Positions 52,729 to 62,432 of a stretch of DNA of 64,000 nucleotides are shown piece by piece (position 1 is the first letter of the stretch; every line of letters begins with the position of its first letter). The stretch is taken from the NCBI GenBank assembly GCA_039621445.1, contig CP154954.1, forward strand, positions 7,141,425 through 7,205,424, given 5' to 3'. Position numbers and translations under genes: made by a program. Source of the DNA: Euglena gracilis. Taxonomy: Eukaryota. Below the pieces are notes generated by a model that saw only the letters and a program-made list of their open reading frames with translations, searched no databases and had not been told where the DNA came from.

Positions 52729-55700
52729 TCACACGTTGAGCAGCTCCTCCAGCGCCCCGGCCGGCGTGGGCTTCTTCTTCGGCCGACCCTCCCCCCTTGG
52801 ACTGGATATGTGTGAGAGGTGGATTACAGGAAGGAGGGGTGTGCGCGTGCAACGAGTCAGTAAGCTGTGTGCGGTTTCCCGTGCAATTTGCAAGCAGAAT
52901 AGCAATGATGAAGAGAGGGTATCAGATCACAAGAGTTTGCAAGTCAGTGTGAATGCAAAACCACCTGATCCCCCAAGGAAAAATAAAACAGCGTGGTAGA
53001 TTGTGTGCGGGTTTCCGTGCAACACACACATCATTCTGTACGTGTGCGGTGCGTGCGGTTTCCCGTGTGCAAAGCCCACCACACGTGGCTGCAAACTCAC
53101 GTGGCTGAAAGAGCAGAGAATGGGAGGACGCAAACAGCTGGTTCTGAAGGGGGGACAGTGTCGGGGGCACTCGCGGCACGATCTCCTCAATCTCGTCCTC
53201 CGGGTCACCGGCGGCGGTCTCAGTCGGCGGCGGGGTGCGGGCCGTGCGCCTGCGGCCCGTCACCGGGGTCTCCGGCGCCGACGGCTCCTGCGCCGCTGCT
53301 GGCGGTGCGGCCGCGCCCTTCCGCAGCCCGGAGGGGGTGGAGGCCCCCTTGCGGCCCGCCGCCGCCGCGCCGCCGCTGGCCGACGGCTGCTTGGCCGGCG
53401 TCACCGGGGCCTCAGCCTCCTTCGCGGCAGGGGCCCTCTCCTTTCCCTTCTCCTTCCCCTTCGCGGCAGGGGCCTTCTCCTTCTCCTTCTCCTTCCCCTT
53501 GGCGGGGGTCTCCTTCTTGCCCCGCCCCTTGGTTGACGGCGGGGGCGAGGGCTCCCGGCCCTTCTTCTCCGGCTCCTTCTTCTTTGGCCGGGGGGGCATG
53601 TCCTCCTCTTCCTTCTCCCCCTTCTCCTCCTCCTCCTCCAGCCCGCCCCGGCCGGAGACGTCCAGCGGCTCGTGGTGGGCGATGCGGTGGTGGACGTTGA
53701 TGGCCGCAGGGGCCACCACCCGGGTGGGATGGAAAATGGGGAAACCAGTCATAGCAGAAGCCAAGCACACCTCCCCACGGGAATCCGCACGCGTGCAATG
53801 TGTGCGGGAAACCGCGTACACGTTGTCCACCACGTTCTGATGCTGCAATAATGACCCATGCGCACAGAGTTGATAAGGGCAAACGTCCCCCCCCCCTCGT
53901 CTGGCCTGGACCGGGGTGGTGCCCTGATCCCACAGGATGGCCGGCTTCCCGTCGGCCATTTTGATCTCGCGCTGCAGCTGGTCCACCCGCAGCTGCATCG
54001 CCTCGTCCGCCTCCTCCAGGAGGTCGGGGTCCCCCCAGATCACGCCGATGGGGACCTGCAGCCGGGTGGCGAGGTCCGCCGGGAGGGCGGCGTGGCGGGT
54101 GACCGCCAGCACCCAGTCGTGGGCCTCCACGTGCAGCCGCGCCAGCAGCCACCACGCCACCTCCACCGGCAGGGTGGGCGGCCCCTCCCCCGCAGAGCTG
54201 TGTCTCAGTTTCAGGCGGGAGGGATGGGGAGTGCGGGGCGAAAAGAGAATTCACAAAAAGGAATTCACACTGTGGGACTGAATGTCATTCTTTCATCAGA
54301 AGAAATGGAATAACCCTACACGAGAAGTGCACGGAAAACCGTCTGAATTGTACCTGGACTGACATTCATTTTGATGAACAGAATGGTACCAATATCTATA
54401 AACTGACCAATGGTGTCACTGTGATTTTGTTTTTTGTTTGTTCGGTGTGAACAAAGCCCTGACCCTGTCCCACGAGGGTGATCTGCCGCGGCACCTGCGG
54501 GGGAAGATGAAGGTCTTTTTTGGTCGACACCTGTGGACCACCGGTAGTGGAACAGTGATTTTCTGAGTCACAGCATGGGCCTTAAGAAACATTCGTGTGC
54601 ACGGACAGTATCCCGTGTGCACGGATGTGTATCAGTCCTGAAACTCGTGGGATTCCCGTGCACTCCACAAAGTTGTGCGGATTCCCGTGTATCCCAAAAA
54701 AAGAGAACAGTCTGTTGGTTGAAAAAAAAAACGAAAAGGAGGATGTACACACCCGAAAGTCCGTCCTGCTGCTGAAGAGGGCGGTCACGGTGGTGACATT
54801 GAAGAGGTAGGTGCGGTCCACGTTGGACTTCACCGGCCGGTGCAGTGTGACGTCCACACGACGCATCTCGTCGGGGACGTCCATGCCCTTCTGCAGCGTC
54901 TGCTGCAGGGCCCCGATGGCGAACGCCCGCCCCGTGGCCACGAACGGGACCCCGCGGCTCCACAGTCTCAGGAGCTCAGGATGGACGTCGGCGTCGCTCA
55001 GCCTGTCCGGGACCTCCACCACCACCGCGTCGACGTTCAGCTCCATGATCTCCCGCGGCATCGCCGCGGTGGGGTGGAGGGGGACCACGTGCGCCAGGCG
55101 GGACGGCTCGGGACTCTCCCCACGCTCCGCCGCTTCCGCCCTTCTTCGCCCCCGGGTGGACCGGCTACCCGCCCACGCTCCCCCTCCCCAGACGTGGGCT
55201 GACTGGGGGACCCCTCCGCCTCCTCCCGGCTGCTGCCGGCCGCCGCTGTGGCCGCCCCGCGCCGACCGCCGCCACCGCTGAGGTCCAGGGTGCAGAAGCG
55301 CCCCCCCGTACCGCACCGTGGGCTCGGCGAGCGGCTGCGCCAGCCGCGCCCGCAGGGGGGCGTAGCGCTCAGTCCCCCACAGGGGGGAGCGGAGGACCGC
55401 CTCCCGCGGTGGCCGTCCTCAGGACAACCCCGAACCTCAGACATTACAGGAGAATCATGAGCCAGTACACAAAAACGAAACAGTTGGACTCCGTAACATT
55501 CTAATGTGACTTGAGATATTTCAGGCGGGTTCCCGTGTAAAACAACCATGTGCAACTAACCAAAGGGAAAGGGAAAAAGTGCACACACACGTCCTGGGTA
55601 GTCCTGCGCACGGGTGCTGGGCCGACCAGCGCCAGTTGGTACCGGTGAGCGGCACCTTGATGTCCGCGCTGACCATGCTCTGCTCCAGGCTGGGCACCAT

Positions 55701-57829
55701 GGACAGGGTACCTGAGCACGAGAACGGTGACATCAGCAAAGAGTCCCAATACTACACACACTTCCATGTGCAAGAGTCTTTGCACGGAAACCCGCCTGAA
55801 AATGACAACCTTGAGATTTGCACGGAAACCCGCCCGAAAATGACAACCTTGAGAAAACGTGTGGACACAGAGTGCGGAAGACAGCGCAGAGTAGACATAC
55901 GGCGGGTCGGGTGGACGTGGTGAAGGTCCGGGTGCATCAGCAGCCACGTCCACGTGCGGCGGCGGATCAGGGACCCCACCACCGCCTTGACAGCGGAGTG
56001 CCATTCCTCCCCCATCACATTCCACCCCAGCGTGCGTTGTGTAGTGTGCGGTTTACCGCGTACTACATCTGTATCCACTCAAACAGTAAAACTGGTTCAA
56101 CTGTCCACGTAGGATCATACTTTCCTTGTGTGCGTGCGTGTGTGTGTCTGTGTGTGTGTGTGCAGGCGGAGTTCCAACAGACACAGTGAAATGGATATCC
56201 GACCCAGCCGCACCGTCGTCGCCTTCGCCGCCTCGTCCAGCATGTCCCTCGTCAGGGCGACGTAGTCCTGCGGGTCGTACAGCTGCTCGATCGCCTTGAA
56301 CGCGTACGGGGACAGTGCCGCCGCCACCCCCGTCGTGGGGCGCGCCTCCAGCGCCCGCACCGCCTCCACCACCGGGCGCCCGCTGTGCAGCAGCCACTCC
56401 GCCAGCGGCTGCATCGACTTCACCCAGTTGTCCTGCACAGAGGAGGTGAGGCAGAGTGAAGCGGGGGGGGGGCCTTAAGAGGGGGGGGGGAGTGAGCGAT
56501 GTGTATGTGATAGCTGGCTCTGCTCCCGATGCGTGTGCGGTCTGGAATCTCAAAGGACAGCGTGCGCGCACTCTCCTTCTGAAAAGAAAAAAAAAGATAG
56601 GAAGCAGGCCGTCTCAGCGGGAATCCGTGCATTGCATCAAATAGAAAAACGGCGCCCACGGAAATCCGCGCACACACCATCTTGCCGTGGGACGCCTCCG
56701 TGCACCCCGTCTTCACGTACACCCGCTTCAGCAGCTCCGTCCGGTTCACCGTCAGGCGGGCGGCGGTCCCCGCCTCGCCGTCCGGCACCGCCCCCGGCCG
56801 CTCCCGCTCCACCTCCCGCTCCAGCCACTCCACCCGCTGGCTGAGGGACATCTCCCTCACCGTCCCGTCCCGGGCTTGCATGCTCCCCGCCACGCGCTGC
56901 CTCTCCTCGAGGCTGGCTGACCCCAGCACCGTGTGGCAGTTGAACCACTCGGTCCACTGCGGCGCCGGCCGCGCGTCGGCCACCGCCGCGTCCGCCACCT
57001 GGGTGGCCGCCAGGAAGCAGTGCTGCTCGCTCAGGATGACGAACTTCCCCGTCGCTGTGACAACAGGGAAGACAGCAGTGCAATTGAGATTTGTCCAGGT
57101 GCACGGATTCCCGCCTGGATCCACACAATCCCCCCCCCTTCTCCCCCCCCCCAAAAAAAACCAGTACAAACGGGGTACATTTCATTATTCAGTCGTTTGG
57201 AAAGCATCCGCCTTTTACAACATCCATGAATACAGACAGACTGGCCTACGTGCTGATAGGCACAGACACGCAAACGAAAAACACACACCCTGCTCCGGCC
57301 ACACCACGAAGCTCAGGGCCCCCACCAGCGGGTTCTCCGTGAACGCCTTGACGAGGGAGTCGACGTGGGCCTTTTCGACCCGCCGCACCTGCCCTCGCGT
57401 GAGGGTCTCGTCCAGCACCAGCACGTCGAGGCGCGGAGGCTGTCTGGCTCTCCAGGGTTTCAGCTGAAAGTTCTGAACAGACAGCAGCACAGGATGTCTG
57501 ATCCACGCGTATGCCAAACACAACTCTCAGCGGTTTGCACGGAAACCCGCACAGCTCTAGAAACCAAAGGAGGTGAATGACACTGAAATGAACGGAGTGA
57601 GTGTCGTCCAAAAAAGGAGTGACTTCTCCTGCACTTTCCAAAACAACCCAGGAATGAGGAACCATCAAACACGCTTGCACGCTTGAACGGTAAAACAGGA
57701 CTGCTTCCACAGACGGCAACCATACAAGTCAGCTCCAGACCCCCTCCGGACACGGGCCAGCGGGGTCGGGGTCTTCGACACCAGCTCCGTCGCCGAGCGG
57801 GTGGGCGCCGTGGGCTTCCGGGCTGCCAT
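52729..57829 (-). CDS. Transposon accessory protein: ParB/Srx-like N-terminal domain + degenerate N6/N4 DNA-methyltransferase-like segment + K/E/P/A-rich tail (possibly decaying)
   Basis: About 11 exons, most with GT-AG boundaries: 57829-~57741 (MAARKPT), ~57464-57290 (TRGQVRRVEKAHVDSLVKAFTENP..FVVWP), 57055-~56678 (GKFVILSEQHCFLAA), 56432-~56203, ~56025-55918, ~55735-55592, ~55420-54752, ~54535-54465, ~54195-53906 (PTLPVEVAWWLLARLHVEAHDWVLAV..LATRLQVPIGVIWGDPDLLEEA), ~53720-53172, ~52800-52729. Confidence 0.6.
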
Positions 57830-58076
57830 CAGAGGTCTAAAAAAACGAGACAGCATGAAAACACCCAAAATGAAGGAAATTCAGATCAGAAACAGTCCTC
57901 ACGGAAACACTTTTGTTAGTATAAATAAGCAGAAAATCTGGGACAGTGAGTTTGATCAAAAAATAATTGTCAGTAAAGGAAACACAACAGTGACCACTCA
58001 CCAACAGCCTCCGTAGAGCACCCCCTTTTGCCTGGGTGGAGAATGCTTTTGCACGGAAACCCGCCCGGCACCCCCG

Positions 58077-59960
58077 TCATGTTCTGAAATGATCTCTCAC
58101 CCTCGCTCTGAAGGCCTCCAGCTGACTCCCTGATGTACAGGAAGGTTCATAACCACGTACAAAGACCAGGGTCCGGCAGGGGCACACCGCCGCTGGGGAC
58201 AGACTGAGGTCCTCATCCGAGGAGGAGGACCCGGACGAGGTCGGGCGGCTGCTCAGCAGCTCCCCCAGACTGCCGAGGCCGTCCGAGGCCGCCGGGGAGA
58301 CGTACCCCTCGGACAGCGTGCCCGGCGGCTCGTACAGCGACTCCGCTGTACTGGGCGGCTCGTACAGGCTCTCCGCCTCGGGCAGCTCCAGCGCCGGCCA
58401 TCCCGGTTGAACCGGCGGCTGCACCACCGCCATGGCCGTGGAGGAACTGGGCTCCTCCGGGGTGAACCGCACGCGGCTTTCCGCCGGGGACTCCTCGGCA
58501 GCCCTCATCACCCCCGGAGGTGCAGGTTCCGCTGCTGCGCGGGTTTCCGCACGGGCCGCCGCCTCTGCGCGGGTTTCCGCCTGCCCGCCGGTCGCCGCTT
58601 CGACGTCCCCCGGGGGCGTGGGGCTGCGGCGCCGCCGCTGCCGCTGGTGGAGGAAGTTGTCCATCGCCCGCTGGCGACGGGCGAACTCCTGGGGGTCCAC
58701 CGGCCCGACGTTCTCCCGCATCCAGACCAGGATGTCGGGGGTCAGCGCCCGGCCGCTCACCAGCGTCAGGAGGGAGGTCCGCATCAGGGCCTCCAGCGCC
58801 CGGACGTCCACGATCTCCGGCAGGATGGGCGGGGACCCCCACCGGGGGAACTCCACCTCGGAGGCGTCCACCCAGGCGACCCGCGTGGCGTCCACCCGGC
58901 GGGGGAAGGGGCGGCCCTCGGGGTGGTCCGCCAGCTGGCGCACCCGACGGGCCATCTCGGCGACCAGCCCCAGCCGCAGGGAACCCCGGCTGGCGTGCGG
59001 CGCCCCCGACGGCGGCGGCAGGCCGAGGAACAGCTGCAGGGTGCCCCGGAAGTCCGTGACGTACGGCGACCGACGGCAGGCACCCGACAGGCGCGACAGC
59101 ATCGCCTCGCCGGCCTCCTCCACGAAGACGCACCCGGGCAGGCGGGACATCCACGGCTGCCAGGTCAGCAGGGCCAGGGAGATGGTCCGCAGGGCCAGGT
59201 GCACTGCCGCACCTTGAAGCCGAGGTGGAGGAGGGCCGGCAGGAAGAAGGTGAGGAGGCGGTGCAGCCCCAGGAGCAGCTGCGGGCCGTACGCGTCGGCC
59301 GCAGTGGGGGCGGAGACGTGCACGCGCTGGCTCTCCTCCCGGAGACGATCCTCCAGGTAGCGTCAGAGTGACAAATGGGCTTCCGAAGTGTCTTCACCCA
59401 CCAGAAGAAGAGAGAGGCTGACGAGATACAAGTCGGCCTGTGTGACCTATCACCAGAGTCCTTTACGCGGGTTTCCGCACAAAGCGGACAGACTGTGCCG
59501 GACAGATGGGAGAGATCTGACACCGACTGACACACGAGATGACTGTGCGGATAACCGCACAAACATTGGCCTGAAGTACCAGAGGAAACCTGGAAGCAGC
59601 CAGCCTGGTCAGGAGCAGTGGTCACCCTGGCTGTGGCAGCACGTCGGCCCGGGTCAACAGGAGGCTGGCGAACAGCTTCTCCATGTACAGCACCTTCCGG
59701 TGCGACCGCAGGGACGTCGTCAGCTGCCGGCTGCCCCCGGCGCCAACCGGCACCTCCAGGTGGGCCAGCACCGGGAAGAACGCCCGGTACACCACCGTCA
59801 CCGTGTGCTTGTAGGCATGCCAGATGCCGTACAGCAGGGGGACGTTGGCGAGGTGCTCCCCCATCCGGAAGCGCAGCGCCGGGGCCGAGTAGAGGAGGCG
59901 GAGGATGCGGTAGTGGATGTTCTCATCCACGAGGAGGGGCAGCTGGCGGCCCGACCGCCC
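58077..59960 (-). pseudogene. DDE-type transposase-like gene, frameshifted; N-terminus unresolved
   Basis: QLPLLVDENIHYRILRLLY..PLLYGIWHAYKH (59960-59633), LEDRLREE..LHRLLTFFLPALLHLGFKVRQCTW (59358-~59195), then a frame change to LRTISLALLTWQPWMSRLPGCVFVEEAGEAMLSRL... and a low-complexity tail. Lies inside the TIR/TSD-bounded element. Confidence 0.6.
59359..59632 (-). other. Nonconventional intron inside the transposase-like gene
   Basis: Minus strand AGCCAGGGTGAC...GTCACTCTGACGCT: A at +1, CAG +4..6, CTG -8..-6, T at -1; in-frame join DVLP-H-LEDRL. Confidence 0.85.
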
Positions 59961-61871
59961 CTGTCAGCTTCCGCTTCGTTTAGTTTAGCCTCCCCCACAC
60001 CAACCACAGAAGAGAAGAAAAGAAACCACACAAAACGCTCACGCGCCGTGTACATACACGGCGCGAGAGCGGATATCCGTGCACGCACTCGTCCACAGGG
60101 AAAAAGTAGGCAAGTGACCGCACCGGCCGGGGAACCAGTGGCGTTGCCCGCTGGGGTGGGCGGTCCCAGGGAGCTCGGCCACAAGAGGCCGTTACAGCCA
60201 CTTGCCCAACATCTCTCTCTAGAGATCGCACTTGGACTGTATAACTTTCGCGAAAGCACTGTTGGTGGTCACGCCGGCGGTTACACCAAATGAAGGCCTC
60301 GCGATCCAGATCGATCCTGGACAAAAGCATAGGGGAGGAGGGGCGGACATTCGTGCAGTGCAATGAGCCTTACGCCTTACGCACTGGTCCGTTCTTGTAC
60401 GCGGAAACCCGCACACATCGTCGCCGTTGACGTGTAACCACACCACACAGCCTCTGTCACCCTCACCAGACCTCAACGCGCACAACCGAGGAAACCGTTG
60501 CCCTACGCATTCCGATCGCGAGGAAAACCGGTCCCCTACGCAGTTGTGTACCACCAAACGTCCAAAACGTGAAACACAAACACCCAGGTTCAATTTTCCT
60601 AACCAGTCGGTCGGGGGAGTCCGGGACGGGCGTCGTCGCCCCGGCTGCGTTGGTCCGCAAACGCCGCAACCGCACCCCCGTTGGGGAGGTCTGGGCAACC
60701 TGCCCCGGCGGTGCGGAGAGGTCAAAGGACCACCCAGGCTCCTCACTGTCTTTTTATCCACGCAGGTGGTACATTCGGAATGTGTTGCACGAATTCCCGC
60801 ACAAGACATCCCGTTGGCTTTTCAATATCACACAGACCGTTGTGCATCTGTTTGGTAACCCATACCCCTCTGCCCCCACTAATAACAACAACACTGCGTC
60901 GCGTTTCGCGACCAGTCATCACCGCAGTCGCGGAGAGACGCACCGTAACGTCATTTACGTGCCGTTTCGTTCCGTTCAGGCCGGGGAGTTACACAGGCAG
61001 GCTCGCCGGGGACAGGACCGCCCCCTCTTTCAGGGGGATGGGGCAGCCAACTGTTGGCCCACCACCACACCCGGCGGACACACACACACACACACACCAG
61101 ATCCCCCCGTCACCGGCCACGGCTGGGCCACCGTCCCGGTGACGGCCAGGGCACGAGATGTGTCGGGGTGTGGTGCGACAGACGGACGCTGCCCCCCGGG
61201 TCCACCCCGGCCTCCCCACCATTTTTTTATCTACACCTTAAGTTAATGCATCTGTCCTCTTACGTATTCCGGCCCACACACCCATCACAACGTTTTGCTG
61301 TGTTATGCGGATTCCCGCCTAACACCAAATGCCTTCGTCCTGTCCTTCGGAGGTTACGCGGGTTACCGCCTGGACGTCATAAATACAACTGCGCTCTCTT
61401 TACGCGGTAATCCGCCCAAACCACACATCACGGTTTTCCTTCACATTGCACCAGCCACACAACACCCCCCTGTATAACACATCGTTGTGGGGAGGCCATG
61501 CGGACTCATGGCCCGCTCGAGGTGGGCCTGCAGGACCAGGCAGCGCTCCAGCACCTGCCGCGCCGTGTCCCCCTTCTCCTGTTGTTCACCTCACCTCACA
61601 CACTGTGTGGAAACAGACGTACCACCAATATACACCCACGTATCACACACGTTACAATACAGTACTTTTCTGGTACCTATAACAGGGGTGTCAATACACC
61701 TGTTTTTACGTACCTCTGCGTCATGTAGTGTACGGTGTGCGGAATACCGCACAGAACTACTTTCATAAAATTTGGGCCCAAAGCCGCCACACACCCTGTT
61801 TAACTCAAAATTTCGTGCCCTTTTAGGTGTTTTTAAAACATCCAAAAAACGTCAAAAAACGCAAAAATGGC

Positions 61872-61894
61872 TTGGGCAATTCGCGCCGCCTAAG
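61872..61894 (-). repeat. Right terminal inverted repeat (23 bp)
   Basis: TTGGGCAATTCGCGCCGCCTAAG followed by TTATT. Confidence 0.95.
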
Positions 61895-62254
61895 TTATTG
61901 TTGATTGCTGCCCCTCAATTGTTTGCCGTGTCAAGCTGAAACTTGCCTTTGTCCCACAATATCAAACCATGGTTTCAGCCCTCCCAGGAAGTTCTCACAC
62001 TCTCCGGGGAGTAGCCCCTTCTCCATGCCGCCCAGTTGCGACTTTTTTTTTTCATTTTTACACGTGCGGCAGTTGGGTGGGAGGTATTTCAAGAGTCCCT
62101 TTTTTAAGTTTCTTTTTTCTTTTTTTCTTTTGAACACACCGCAGGGAATCAGTCTGGTCTGATACGTTCTATTTGTTTTCAGTTTGGTATGAACGTTCTC
62201 AGATACTGAAAGCCTTCAAATGCAATTCCAGTGCCATCTTGCACTAAACTCATT

Positions 62255-62432
62255 TGGCTGTCGTGTCGGCGAGAAGAAAGTTCACAAACATCTTCTGTGG
62301 GGGGGTGACAAATTGGGCAGCACGGAGGGGGGTGACAATTTCCCGGGGTGACAAATTGGCCGGCACAGCTAGGGGTGGCAATTGCCCGGGGGCGTCAATT
62401 GCCCGGGGGCGTCAATTGCCCGGGGGGGGGGG
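62255..62432 (-). mobile_element. Partial reverse-strand copy of the GGGCAATTG MITE-like family
   Basis: Reverse complement resembles 2190-2350 (cacagaagatgt..gccgaca; gggcaattgacgcccccgggcaattg). Confidence 0.6.

Larger units (their letters stand above)
51424..61750. repeat. Dispersed palindromic motif RCGG-N4-CCGY (often GTGCGG-N4-CCGYRC), ~31 copies
   Basis: Copies start at about 51424, 51499, 51846, 51940, 52135, 52871, 53007, 53055, 53777, 53804, 54331, 54677, 55525, 55784, 55822, 56048, 56617, 56658, 57103, 57539, 58053, 58539, 58569, 59467, 59547, 60069, 60401, 61307, 61358, 61404, 61739 (counted by eye). Confidence 0.9.
51369..61894 (-). mobile_element. 10.5-kb cut-and-paste DNA transposon, unclassified; carries transposase-like and ParB/MTase-like genes
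   Basis: Perfect 23-bp TIRs CTTAGGCGGCGCGAATTGCCCAA (51369-51391) and its reverse complement (61872-61894); TTATT direct repeat at 51364-51368 and 61895-61899; internal minus-strand multi-exon genes. Confidence 0.9.

Noticed and set aside
52729-57829. Bacterial or phage contamination as the source of the ParB-like gene
   Set aside because: The gene is split by many spliceosomal-type introns, the neighbouring gene has a host-type nonconventional intron, and the element is integrated with a TSD.
58213-60293. Large overlapping ORFs (470 aa minus; 317, 261 and 301 aa plus)
   Set aside because: Alternative-frame or antisense shadows of the GC-rich transposase exons; G/A/P/R-rich with no motifs.
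51424-61750. Repeated palindromes as a CRISPR-like array
   Set aside because: Only 12-16 bp, irregularly spaced (30 to >800 bp), both orientations, interleaved with exons; no cas-like ORFs.
51370-61893. PIF/Harbinger interpretation (TTA/TAA TSD with GGC termini)
   Set aside because: Left TTA and right TAA are inverted, not direct, so they belong to the TIR; the direct repeat is TTATT.
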